From NCBI GenBank assembly GCA_950097015.1, contig CATNEN010000003.1, positions 12,710,001 through 12,774,000 on the forward strand: a DNA stretch of 64,000 bases. The letters are read 5' to 3'. Position 1 is the first letter of the stretch. Each line of letters opens with the position of its first letter. The stretch is from Macrostomum hystrix. Lineage: Eukaryota > Animalia > Platyhelminthes. The position numbers and the translations under genes were made by a program. The notes beneath the pieces are model-generated. The model did not search any database. It was not told the DNA's origin and was given only the letters and a program-made list of their open reading frames with translations. Shown here in pieces: positions 33,389 to 46,178 of this stretch.

Positions 33389-34069
33389 TACTGAGACTGA
33401 GACTGAGACTGACACTGAGACTGAGACTGAGACTGACACTGAGACTGAGACTGAGACTGAGACTGACACTGAGACTGACACTGAGACTGACACTGAGACT
33501 GAGACTGAGACTGACACTGAGACTGACACTGAGACTGACACTGAGACTGACACTGAGACTGACACTGACACTGACACTGAGACTGACACTGAGACTGACA
33601 CTGAGACTGAGACTGAGACTGACACTGAGACTGACACTGAGACTGACACTGAGACTGACACTGAGACTGACACTGACACTGACACTGAGACTGACACTGA
33701 GACTGAGACTGACACTGAGACTGACACTGAGACTGACACTGAGACTGACACTGAGACTGACACTGACACTGAGACTGAGACTGAGACTGAGACTGAGACT
33801 GAGACTGAGACTGAGACTGAGACTGAGACTGAGACTGAGACTGAGACTGACACTGAGACTGACACTGACACTGAGACTGAGACTGAGACTGAGACTGAGA
33901 CTGAGACTGAGACTGACACTGACACTGAGACTGACACTGACACTGAGACTGAGACTGACACTGAGACTGACACTGAGACTGACACTGAGACTGACACTGA
34001 CACTGACACTGAGACTGAGACTGAGACTGAGACTGAGACTGACACTGAGACTGAGACTGAGACTGAGAC
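33389..34069. repeat. Hexanucleotide microsatellite (ACTGAG/ACTGAC)n
   Basis: About 113 hexamers in two interleaved variants. Confidence 0.97.
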
Positions 34070-36581
34070 AAATAAATGGACAGAGACATGAGGCAAAGTG
34101 TGTGTCGAGCTAAATATTGTCGAGATAAAAGTTCCTATTGTCGCAGATAAAAAAAGCTCTTTGAATTGCTGAAATACAAAAAAATTATTTCTATTGTCTC
34201 TTTCTTATTGTCCTGCTGAGCAGTGACAGTAAGTGCTAAGAAATTGCATCTGAGACTATGAGCTGCATGTGAAATGAGTTTCTTATAAGCATCTGCAGCT
34301 CTGCTAGTGAAGTGGAACAATTCAGATAAGCTCCACGTGATGGTAAGAAACAAATTTGACAAACTCGCATACGGTATTGTTTGAGCATTGATAACCGGTC
34401 ATTGATTTCTTCGAGCTTCCTCTGTCTTGTAGCTACAGAAAACTAATTCTGAAGTTGAGTTCTGAGAGTGACTAGAAAATATATAAGTTACAGTCGGAGG
34501 AGGGACAGGATTGTCGCTAGAGTGTCGCTAAGAGCGACATGCAGTGTAGTCGAGGGGCCTAACAAGAGTTTGTCTGGCCATGGAGGTGTAGCCGCGAGCG
34601 ATAGCGCTATATAGATGCTATCATAAAAAACCGTACGTGCTTCCAAAAACTTGCCTGTGTGCAGATTTTCACAAACAAAATGTAACATATTTTACAATTA
34701 GTGCGTTCAATATGAATTTTACCCCTATAAGTTCGCACTGTAGTAATTTATTATTGCACAGTGAGTTAACAAGCAGGTCTTAGTCTCCCTAAGTTAAATT
34801 AGAAAATCTGCGCAAAAGTTTCAGATTTTCATATTATTATTCATGGCAAAGTTTCAGCGCAGAATATTAAAGTTATACGTGTGCATGCATGTAGAAACGC
34901 ACTCAGTTAAGATAACGAACCGGAATGTAATTTACACGATAACTTTGTGTTTGTAATATTCCCACTACAAATCAAAGGTATGATATTTTGTATTGATAAC
35001 GTAGCTCACATGGCTTGGTCCAGCTAGTACAAAAATAATTCTCTGAGCTTTAATCGTTCTCGCCCATATATACAAATATGCATTTTAGCACTTCAAGAAA
35101 ATGTAACATTTCAACTAAGAACTTATGTGGCAATACTTACTAGCATATTATGTAAGGGCCTTGCTAGTACTTCAGCTATCGCAAAATTAAAAAAACTTTA
35201 AGTACAACAAATAAACCAACTAGGCTACAAATATAAAGGTCAGCAAATTTCTTGTGTTTTTAGATTTTATGAATTTGCTGGCAGATAGAATGTCGAGAAT
35301 AGCTTAATTTCAGGCCCTTAAAATTTCAGCTAACGGTAATGTCTCTTTCTATATTTATGAAACTATGACAGTCACAAATTATGTTATGTTATCCGTTATG
35401 GCTAGATCTTTGTGGTCTCAGTAGTAATCGTGACAGTCATGACAATAGAAAACACCGGCTCAAAGTATTATCGCAATATCACGTTTACAGAGTAAAACAA
35501 AAAAAGACGCAAAAAGAATTTTTCAAAATGTGGAAAACTTTAAAATGCTTTATTTTTTCTAGTTGACATGTTTGATATACGCAGGTCTGTGTGCATAAGA
35601 ACTTATGTACTACAAAATTACTCCAGTTTAAATGTTTAAAAGGGTTACCTATCACATTCACACGTGCCGCGCATCCGCAGCACACTGTAGAAGTGGTGAT
35701 CATATTAGTTGTGAGCCTCATATTTAAGGAGTGACAATCGCTAATTAATACGTTTATACTTGTATATAACTTGTATAAACACTGTTTATCTAGTTCAGAG
35801 GTGATTTAATTCTTCAGATTTTTTACAGCAGAATAATTTGACGTGTCATCACTATTTTTGTCATACAATTCATATTTAACTGTACATTTCAAATTAATGT
35901 ATATGTATTTTTTAAAAAGATATTTAAAAAAGTTATTTGGCATTCTTCTCGAATCGTTTGTTAAACTTTTTTCGCACTTTGTCTAACTGAGAAGCTAATA
36001 TTAGCATACATAGACATCCCCAAGCTATTTAAATAGAAAAAGCAACAACTTTGCCTTTTTCTGTTAATAAAAGCATTGAAAAATAGTTTATTGAACAGTT
36101 TCAGAAGTATTGTCTTAATATTTGCATTCAAAACTCATTGTACATCATTGTAGCTTATAAATATATAGATCCATACTATGCAATATAGACCATATAGTAA
36201 TAAGAAACAATTTTAACCTTTTTTATTTACATTTTATATTTAAATACTTAAGTATTAAATACTTAACATAACATTTTTATCTGCTTTTTATCTAACAAAA
36301 AACTAGAAACCTAAAATTCTGTACATTTATATATGATATGTATGGTAATATATTTATATTTACTTGAATTTTTATTGACAAGTAGTTTTGTGTTCCTAAG
36401 TGAATATGTATATAAGTTTGAAGCAATATTTAAACATACTCGCAAATGTGTACACCAGCCCTAAAGAACCAGACTAGTTACAGTCAGGCAGTTTGGGTTT
36501 ATTCCTCATAGGCATGAATTTCACAACAATGATATGTAATCATTAATTCAGCCTGAAATTTCTTACAGTTACATTCAACCA

Positions 36582-36905
36582 ATGCCAGAGTATCAGGTGC
36601 TTCGCTGTGTACAATGCAGTGCATTTCAAGTGCATCAGGTGAAACGGGCCGAAGCCAAACGGTGGCAATGCAGCCTGTGTGGCCTGGCTCAATCCTATCT
36701 AAGAGTCTATGCTCAAGGTCTATCAAAGGCCTGTCGGGAGGCTGCTCAAATGTTAAATATGCGTCGGGGTGAGATTGATGCTGAGAATGCCGCTGCTAGT
36801 GAGGCTGCTCAGGAGACTGCTCAAAATCAGCAACAGCAGCAGCAGCTGGATGATGGTGCTGATAATCAGCAGCCGTCGCAAATTGATTGGAATGTATTTC
36901 TTTGA
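36582..36905 (+). CDS. MRNIP: MRN complex-interacting protein (UPF0544/C5orf45), N-terminal zinc-ribbon domain, 107 aa
   Basis: QVLRCVQCSAFQVHQVKR..WQCSLCG..QSYLRVYAQGLSKACREAAQMLN matches the MRNIP N-terminal pattern (VLRCxxCxxFQxHQVKK..WxCKxCGEKQS..DCRxHVQKLN). Confidence 0.88.
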   Translation: MPEYQVLRCVQCSAFQVHQVKRAEAKRWQCSLCGLAQSYLRVYAQGLSKACREAAQMLNMRRGEIDAENAAASEAAQETAQNQQQQQQLDDGADNQQPSQIDWNVFL

Positions 36906-37159
36906 ATGTGTAACAGTTTCTTGTCTGTTAAAAAAGTTCTAGTTTATTGCTTATAGTAGTGTTTTTTTTCAGTTTTTTGTGAATAATTCCTGTTTTAATA
37001 ATCTGACAAGTTTCTGAAATGTCTTTTATTTTAACAATTTAACGATCTCTGCTAAAGCACTTATCAATAAACACAGGCAAAAAGCCATGCTTAGGTGCTT
37101 TACCCTCAAGTAAAAAACTAACTGTGCTTCATATTTTTGTCACTTTATATCACCTTTGC

Positions 37160-37355
37160 CCCATTCCCAGGATCAGATATTGGTGTGGAGTCAGTTGACC
37201 CCCTTTCCCAGGATCATATATTGGTGTGGGGTCAGTTGACCCCCTTTCCCAGGATCAGATATTGGTGTGGGGTCAGTTGACCCCCTTTCCCAGGATCAGA
37301 TATTGGTGTGGAGTCAGTTGACCCCCTTTCCCAGGATCAGATATTGATGTGGGTC
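37160..37355. repeat. 41-bp tandem repeat, interrupted by SINEs and resuming at 37943-38026
   Basis: Unit ccccctttcccaggatcagatattggtgtggggtcagttga. Confidence 0.9.
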
Positions 37356-37942
37356 TTACTTACTTACTTACTTTGCAGGGGGGCCTGGGGCACCTGACGC
37401 ACAAACACAGGAACGGCATGCCCCCAGGCCGGCGAACTAGGCGAGAGCCGCCCATCGCGCCGCCTCCCCTGAGCAGGCACCTCACACACACAGCAGCAAG
37501 CCAAGCGGGGAAGGGGGCGGCAGCCGGAGTGCCTCTCACCCCAGGCCCGCACACGCACAGAGCAGACCAAGCCGGGGCGGAAGGCTGATAGAAATCAGTC
37601 CTCAGGGGGGGCGGGTGACGAGTGTACACTTTATCCAATCGCACTGACGGAAATCCAGATGAGCGCGCGGCGGTGTACACCCGCCCCCAGCCACCCCCGC
37701 AAGGTCTAACGCCCCAGCGCCAACGCACATAACTCATACAACGCAGAACAGGCACACAGAAAGGTAGGAGCGAAGCTATTTTTCAAGCTTTGATTGCACG
37801 AAATATGGTGCACCTCCGCCGGTCGCTACTGTCCAAACCCCCCCCAACAAGTACCGAAATTAATCGTGACCTGAAGGGTGAATCGAACTAGCGTCCTTTG
37901 GAGTGCGAGGCAGCGACGTTAGCCGCTGACCCCCCTCGCCCC
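37356..37942 (-). mobile_element. tRNA-derived SINE, family B, full length, (TAAG)n tail, 13-bp TSD
   Basis: Minus-strand head gggcgaggggggtcagcggctaacg..ctagttcgattc (A/B boxes); tail aagtaagtaagtaag; TSD attgatgtgggtc at 37343-37355 and 37943-37955. Confidence 0.88.
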
Positions 37943-38026
37943 ATTGATGTGGGTCAGTTGACCCCCTTTCCTAGTATCAGATATTGGTGTGGGGTCAGTT
38001 GACCATCCTTTCCTATCAGGGATCAG

Positions 38027-38327
38027 GGGGTGAGTTGGCAGAGTGGTCTATCGCGTTTGCCTCTCCCGCCAAGGTCCCTGAGCTCGATTCCGCGGCGAGG
38101 CCACTATAATTAGGGGCGCAGCCGCGGAGAGAAGGCTTGGGGGCTTGTTGTGCAACTTGCGCCCTTGAGGTCCAACCTCCAAGGTACAGTGAAAGTGTAC
38201 ACTGCCTGACGATTAGAAAGTTTGGGCAGATGTACACACCTGTGTGAGTGTGTACCTGTGTACGGTATCTGTGTGCGACTCAGCGAAATGGGCAGAATTT
38301 CCAACAGCCCTCCTGCAATTAATATTA
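38027..38327 (+). mobile_element. tRNA-derived SINE, family A, full-length copy
   Basis: A-box tggcagagtgg, B-box-like gagctcgattcc, ATT-type tail, flanked by near-identical ttcctatcagg(g)atcag. Confidence 0.85.
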
Positions 38328-39212
38328 TTCCTATCAGGATCAGTATTGGTGTTGTGCTAGTTGTTCCTCTCTTTCCTAAGATTGGTTTTAATGTGTGATC
38401 AGTAACTTAGCAGATTAAATATTTGCAATTAGTCTCATGTGAGTCTGCTACGATCGTAGTAAATTAGCAGATTATCTTTGCTCTATATACCAAATCCTTT
38501 CTTTCTAGAGTTAGGATTACAAAGATTTCAACGAAAAGCGTCTATGGTTTCGTTTCTGTGCTCAATATTGAACCGTAATCTATCTTCAATCGCTCTCGGC
38601 TATAAACTCTCTGAGCTGTCTCTCTTTCTGTCTCCTACTTTTTGCGGAAATCAACATGCTGAAACTTGGATTAGGTCTGACAGTTTTTTGTGAGTTTAGG
38701 TCTGTTTTTTGTGGGGCCACTAGGATTTGTGTGAGCGAGAAAGCGTGTTTCGGAATCAGTGAGGCAGTGTGTAAAAAAGATTGAACGGTTTTCACCCTCA
38801 CCAGTCCGCCAGTTGCTGGGGGGCCAGGGGGCCATTGGAGATCGGGTTCGAGAGGAAAGAGGAGAGTCGTTCGTTCAAAATTGTAGCTTTGAAACGGCAA
38901 AACTGGTGTGAGCCTTTGAGTTAGAGATTGTTAGAGGATTGGGCGAGGATAAAGAAGTCCTTTGAGTTGAGTGGACGATGCTTGACACGCGCGTTTTTGC
39001 CGTTTGGGAATTCTCAACTCTGATTGGCAGATGCTGCCGTTCCGCAGATCTGTCTGTGCCTCTCCCTTTGTCCTTCGCTCTTTGCAGCGTTAAAAAAGAG
39101 CGCGATTTCCTTTCTTGCGTTTCCTATAAAGAGAACATGGCGGATTGAATTCCACCGAGACATCCAAGCCTAAACCGGTTGTGTTGTCCGTGCTGACAAG
39201 GGCGCAATTGAA

Positions 39213-42200
39213 ATGTTGCTATATTTGTTTGTAAACTTGCTCAATACTATTGCCATAGCAACTGCGACGTCTGCTTCGACGCCGAACGCTAATGCGAGCA
39301 GCAGCAGCAGCTGGTGCGACTCTCTCCCACCTTTAGTTAGAGCGGCCAACACAAGTTCCGAGGCTGAGTTCGTTGCCCGACTGCTGGCCGGCTACGAAAA
39401 GCATCACCGTCCGCCAAACTGTCTGGACGGTAATCGTGTCGCTTCCTCCAGTGCGACGCTGGTTCGCATCAACATCTTCGTGAACAGCATCAGCTCTGTC
39501 AGCGTGGTTGATATGGACTATTCTGTTGACATGTTCCTGCGTCAAAGATGGACGGATCCGCGGCTAAGATACTCCGCCGCAGGCCAGGCGGAAGTGCTGT
39601 CGCTAAACTACATGCGCGATCGGCTATGGATTCCGGATTTGTTCTTTCGCAACGCTAAAGAAGGAAAACTGCACACGATAACCACACCAAACCTACTGCT
39701 GTGGGTGTATCCAGACTGGGGCAGCGTGTTGTTCAGCCAGAAACTGTCCGTGAAGCTCGACTGTCCGATGACACTTTGGAACTTTCCAATGGACAGTCAG
39801 GTGTGCCGAATTGAAATGGGTAGCTACGGTTATTCGCTGGATCAGCTGGAATTGGCCTGGAACGATGAGCAACAAGTTGAGCTAAATGGCAATATGCAGG
39901 TGAACGAGTTTGAATTTCCAAGGCTGAGACACGGAGCCTGTCGTAAGGCCTACAACAGTACAGGCAGGTTCGCTTGTCTCTATCTGGAGTTTCATCTGGT
40001 TAGAAAGTTCGGTTTCTACCTGATTTACACCTATTTGCCGTCCATTCTGGTTGTCATGCTGTCTTGGGTGTCATTCTGGATTGACTACCAGGCTGTGCCA
40101 GCTCGCATTTCGCTTGGTCTTTTGTCTATCTTGGCGCTCATTACTCAGGCTGCTGCTACCTTGCAGAAACTACCCAGGGTCTCCTATATCAAAGGTGAGT
40201 GAAGGTGTTTATAGTGCTTGAGCAAAGTCATCATTTACCTAGTAGCGTCAAAGATTATAACTCGAACTCAGAATGGTTCTTTGATCCGAGGACATTTGTT
40301 CGGGATATGCACAAAGGTGGAAGAAGGAAGTTACGAAGTAAAAGGCGATGTCTGAGTTCATTGTTCAGACTCGCCTATTCAGTGTGAACCCGTTCGATTT
40401 GCAAGCTAAAATTTTTTACAGCAAAGACTAAGAAGGCGATATAAGTGACCGATGCAAAGCAAGACCCGATGCTTGCCTAATACTTGCCTATCTTCAGAGA
40501 TGTTTTGTAGAGCAGTTGTTTTTGTAGAATAAAGCATATCAAATCAAGAGGTCGTTGAGCGAGACACTCAATAGCACATCGCTTCATTGGTGATATTATG
40601 GCAGTAGTAATTATTGCTCGTGATGAATGCCAAGTGCTTTTTGATGAGCTAATTAGGCTAGCAGATAAGTCTGATAAGATCATTTTGAGTTTTTATGTTC
40701 ATAACATTTTTTCCTGATATTGCCTATCCTACTAATTAGTTACTATTTAACGTTCGCTGATGATGAATAAAGATAGACGAAAGACAATGTATTGAACATG
40801 TAAGCCATATCATATTACAGATGTGGCATATGCTACCATGAATGTGCTGCTCATTTGCTGAGTAACAAATCTTTTAAGTAAAAAAATGTATCGATCGAGT
40901 ACAGCTGAATAGTTATGAATATTAGCATTGTGTAAAAATCTCCCTTAACTCCCAATTTGCCTATCCGTCGTGAAAAAAAGTTGTTTTGTATTGAGAAAAA
41001 ATTCTGAGCATGCTTCGTAGCATCCAATGAGGCTGTGTGGTATCTACTGAGGCTGTGTGGTATCTAGTGATGCAGTGTGGTATCTAGTGATGCAGTGTGG
41101 TATCTAGTGATGCAGTGTGGTATCTAGTGATGCAGTGTGGTATCTAGTGATGCAGTGTGGTATCTAGTGAGGCAGTGTGGTATCTAGTGATGCAGTGTGG
41201 TATCTAGTGATGCCGTGTGGTATCTAGTGATGCAGTGTGGTATCTAGTGAGGCAGTGTGGTATCTAGTGATGCAGTGTGGTATCTAGTGATGCAGTGTGG
41301 TATCTAGTGATGCAGTGTGGTATCTAGTGATGCAGTGTGGTATCTAGTGATGCAGTGTGGTATCTAGTGATGCAGTGTGCTATCTAGTGATGCAGTGTGG
41401 TATCTAGTGAGGCAGTGTGCTATCTAGTGATGCAGTGTGGTATCTAGTGATGCAGTGTGGTATCTAGTGATGCAGTGTGGTATCTAGTGAGGCAGTGTGG
41501 TATCTAGTGATGCAGTGTGGTATCTAGTGATGCCGTGTGGTATCTAGTGATGCAGTGTGGTATCTAGTGAGGCAGTGTGGTATCTAGTGAGGCAGTGTGG
41601 TATCTAGTGATGCCGTGTGGTATCTAGTGATGCCGTGTGGTATCTAGTGATGCCGTGTGGTATCTAGTGATGCCGTGTGGTATCTAGTGATGCCGTGTGG
41701 TATCTAGTGATGCCGTGTGGTATCTAGTGATGCAGTGTGGTATCTAGTGAGGCAGTGTGCTATCTAGTGATGCCGTGTGGTATCTAGTGATGCCGTGTGG
41801 TATCTAGTGATGCCGTGTGGTATCTAGTGATGCCGTGTGGTATCTAGTGATGCCGTGTGGTATCTAGTGATGCAGTGTGGTATCTAGTGAGGCAGTGTGC
41901 TATCTAGTGATGCCGTGTGGTATCTAGTGATGCAGTGTGGTATCTAGTGATGCAGTGTGGTATCTAGTGAGGCAGTGTGGTATCTAGTGATGCAGTGTGG
42001 TATCTAGTGAGGCAGTGTGCTAACTAGTGATGCAGTGTGGTATCTAGTGAGGCAGTGTGGTATCTAGTGTGAGCTGGTGGTGTCGATATTCAGGGACTGG
42101 TGTTGTCGATATTCAGGGACTGGTGGTGTCGATATTCAGGACTGGTGGTGTCGATATACAGGACTGGTGGTGATAGCTAAGTACAGCTACAATTTCTCCA

Positions 42201-45162
42201 CTAATTCAGTTAAGTTAGTCAGAAATCAATTCAATAGCAGAAGTCAAAAGCATTCTTAGCAAGTATTTGAGACAGAGCAGTTCAGCAAAAGCATCGTACC
42301 TAATGTTTTTTTCTACAGTATAGAAGAGCTTCCTGTTGCAGCTTCAACTGTTGCTGCTGCTTTGAGAAATTCTCTTTTCCTAAGGTGTACTCACAGTATG
42401 CAAAATGTAGTTGCTGTTCAACAGTCGCCCAGTAGCTGAGAATTCTTACACCGTCATAAATTATGCAACAACTTGTAAGTCGCCAGTCGCACTGCATCTC
42501 GATGCCAATGTCAAACATGAGGTGTGAGACCTGATGCTTGCTAATTTACAAGCGTATAGCACAATTTTGTTAGACTTTTGTGTAAAATTCACTGACGCAT
42601 CTAACACTGTTTCACGCTGAGTTAAAGCAGCGTTTAAAAAATAGTTTGAAACAGCTTTCTTGCTGGTTCAGAGTAGGAAAAGCGTTTTCTAGACAATGTG
42701 AGCTCAACATTTCTCGGATGTGACTGACAGGTGTTAAATTTTCTAGTTGGTTATACAACCTTGTTGGCAACTTCACGGGTGCCTACTTATAGAGAACTCA
42801 ATTTTATCACTGTTGAACTTTATGTGATATTCAGGGACTGGTGTCGATATGCAGGGACTGGTGCTGTCGATATTCAGGGACTGGTGTTGATATTCAGGGA
42901 CTGGTGGTGTCGATATTCAGGGACTGGTGTCGATATTCAGGGACTGGTAGTGTCGATATTCAGGGACTGGTGTCGATATTCAGGACTGGTGGTGTCGATA
43001 TTCAGGGACTGGTGGTGTCGATATTCAGGACTGGTGGTGTCGATATTCAGGGACTCTCGGTGTCGATATTCAGGACTGGTGGTGTCGATATTCAGGACTG
43101 GTGGTGTCGATATTCAGGACTGGTGGTGTCGATATTCAGGACTGGTGGTGTCGATATTCAGGGACTGGTGGTGTCGATATTCAGGACTGGTGGTGTCGAT
43201 ATTCAGGGACTGGTGTTGATATTCAGGGACTGGTGTTGATATTCAGGGACTGGTGTCGATATTCAGGGACTCTCGGTGTCGATATTCAGCTGGGACTGGT
43301 GGTGTCGATATTCAGGGGCTGTTGTCGATATTCAGGGACTGGTGTTGATATTCAGGGACTGGTGTCGATATTCAGGGACTGGTGTCGATATTCAGGGACT
43401 CTCGGTGTCGATATTCAGCTGGGACTGGTGGTGTCGATATTCAGGGGCTGTTATCGATATTCAGGGGCTGGTGTCGATATTCAGGGGCTGTTGTCGATAT
43501 TCAGGGGCTGTTGTCGATATTCAGGGGCTGTTGTCGATATTCAGGGACTGGTGTTGATATTCAGGGACTGGTGTCGATATTCAGGGACTGGTGTTGATAT
43601 TCAGGGACTGGTGTTGATATTCAGGGACTGGTGTCGATATTCAGGGACTGGTGTCGATATTCAGGGACTCTCGGTGTCGATATTCAGCTGGGACTGGTGG
43701 TGTCGATATTCAGGGGCTGTTATCGATATTCAGGGGCTGGTGTCGATATTCAGGGGCTGTTGTCGATATTCAGGGGCTGTTGTCGATATTCAGGGGCTGT
43801 TGTCGATATTCAGGGACTGGTGTTGATATTCAGGGACTGGTGTCGATATTCAGGGACTGGTGTCGATATTCAGGGACTGGTGTTGATATTCAGGGACTGG
43901 TGTTGATATTCAGGGACTGGTGTCGATATTCAGGGACTGGTGTCGATATTCAGGGACTGGTGTCGATATATTATATGGTGGTGATTACTTTGCAAGATTT
44001 CGCGGTATAGCATGTGCTTTTGTTCAACATCCTGATCCGTCTTTATGAATACTCAAACAGCCACTTCAAAGACAAGGCTTTGTTTGCATTGTATCTATCG
44101 CAAGAATAACTTCATGCAACTGTTAGCTCTTTTATAAGCTGATTGAATGTACAACTTTGTACCGCATCCGGTTTTGCATAAGATCTAGCCCAGCTGCTCA
44201 TTTTGCAAGGATGTAGCTTTATTTAGAAACTAGTTTGCTTATAGCTAAACACTAGCTGTGTGTGTAGCTGTGTGTCGCATATTCTCCTTGTTTGAGTGTG
44301 AAATGCGCTTTAAGAGCCGCTAAAGTATACTTTTAACTAAACTTTGGTCTCCCAACTGGCTGACCTAGAAAATGTGTCCTAGAGTATTAGCATCAACTGC
44401 GGGGGGGGCTGGAATTCAGTAATAGTTGATCAATATCTTGTAATTATCTATCGCAATCTTCCTCTTTCAGCCATAGACGTTTGGCTCTTTGCCTGTCTCG
44501 CCTTTGTCGTTCTCTCCCTGCTTGAGTTCTCCCTAGTCAACGTACTCACACGGCGCCGCATCAGCAGCCGACGACGGAATCGTCAGGAGAGGCAGCAACG
44601 GCGCCTCTTGCGCTGCGCCAGCAACGGTCGCTTGCGGCAGCCAGGTGGCAACAATCTGCTGACAATGGCGACTGCCCAGTCGTCGGAGAGTCCCCTGTTG
44701 TTGCGCAAGCGACTCCGATCGCCGCAGACAGCCTCTAATCTAGACGACGCTGACGCCTACGCCGATGAAAGTTTTGAAGACTTTGACTACGAGAGCGAGC
44801 CAGATAATCTGGAGGACTCGAGCGGAGTCGCCATGCCACCGACGCCGCCCTTGCCGCGTGTTGCCATGACAACACCCGGTTGGCCCGGACCGCTCGGGTA
44901 CAGCAACGCCTGCAGGTGGGGCCGCAGACACCGCTGCCGAATGCGCCATCAGCGCTTTCGATACCCGGCCGGATTTCAGCAGCAGCAGCAGCAGCAGCAG
45001 CAGCAATCGCAGCCCGAACGGCTTCGCTGGCTGACAGCCAGACAGTTAGATCGAGTCTCCATCTTTGTGTTTCCGTTCAGCTTCGCAGCTTTCAACGCTC
45101 TGTATTGGGTGTACTTTCTAGTGATTAGTTCGCATCGAAGCGAGGGCACTTTTCACGAGTGA
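39213..45162 (+). CDS. Cys-loop ligand-gated chloride channel, lophotrochozoan GluCl-like subunit, 2 exons
   Basis: Exon 39213-40194 joined to 44471-45162 (G|CC). Signal peptide; loop D FLRQRW; loop A WIPDLFFRN; Cys-loop CPMTLWNFPMDSQVC; loop C C..TGRFAC; M1 YLPSILVVMLSWVSFW; anion-selective PAR motif; M3 KAIDVW..LLEF; M4 LDRVSIFVFPFSF..FN..YW. Confidence 0.92.
41030..42070. repeat. 20-bp tandem repeat (tatctagtgatgcagtgtgg)n, ~52 copies
   Basis: Read directly; lies in the channel-gene intron. Confidence 0.97.
42825..43970. repeat. 20-25-bp tandem repeat (gatattcagggactggtgtc)n; a short copy also at 42075-42170
   Basis: Read directly. Confidence 0.95.
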
Positions 45163-45274
45163 CAATGTCCTGTTTTTTTTTATAATTTCTTTAGTTCTGT
45201 ATATTTACAATCATGTCCTCAAATGCAGATTTGTTGTTTACAAGTCAGAACTTTTTAGTACTACTGTACTTCTG

Positions 45275-45440
45275 TACGCAGGCACACACACAACTGGTGT
45301 GAACATCTGTCCTGAATTTCTCAACGTCAAGCTGTGAACACTCCCACTGTACCTTGGAGGTTGGCCCTCGAGGGTGTGAATTGCACGATAAAGCCCTCAA
45401 GCCTTCTCTCCGCTGCATAGCCTTAAAATGAATGTGGTCC
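45275..45440 (-). mobile_element. SINE family A, partial copy
   Basis: cactgtaccttggaggttggccctcgagggtgtgaattgcacg..agccttctctccg is the reverse complement of the family A core. Confidence 0.7.
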
Positions 45441-46178
45441 AGTTCACCCAGCCGTGAAACTACTTTAAGTAGTACCAGCTTTAGCTGGGGGATAGAAATT
45501 TTATTGGGTGTGTGTCGTCCTTGAGAAAGTCAAACACTGCCTAACAAAAAGAAAGACAGGGCAAATTTACAAACCTGTGCAAGCATGTGCCTGCGCACAG
45601 TATCTAATCTAAGATTAGACATGAAGGCCTCATCATTGGCTGCGGGTCTATTGTCACCAAATGTGCCATTGCCCGCAGCCCTCCTGCAATTATCATTATT
45701 GTACCATGACCTTTTTTCCGTCGGGCAGAAAGTCTTGCCCGTTAATGGCCATAGATGAATTAATGCGGGTAATTTTCGAGCAATAGGAATGGCTTACTGA
45801 GGCTAAAATGTCTATGGCACCCAGAAGTGGGGGCTCTGCCCCACACCCCCGTCTTTGACTCTGAAAGTATAGCTTGGGCAAAAACGTCTATGGTAACAAT
45901 AAAATTGATACCCAAGCTTTGCGGGCGTCTTTGAAAAATCCTCGGGCACCTAATGGTGCCCTCTGATTTTCCATTATCGCCCTTAAAGCATGGGTATTAA
46001 TCGTATATTATTAGACTAGAAGACTTATATTATTAGTGAATAAGTCATTAAAATTGCCACCAAGTGTGTCAGTTAAAAATGTTCAATGTTTTCACTTTCA
46101 AAGTAGGCAAAAATAAAAACTAATAAATGGCTATATAGATAGACATTTATCAGCTATGCAGTCATATGAAGGTCATAG

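Noticed and set aside
33271-34113. Poly-TE, SV, LR and QS ORFs
   Set aside because: Hexamer microsatellite open in most frames; no coding flanks.
42731-44010. Cys/Trp-rich repetitive ORFs
   Set aside because: Intronic 20-25-bp repeat read in rotating frames.
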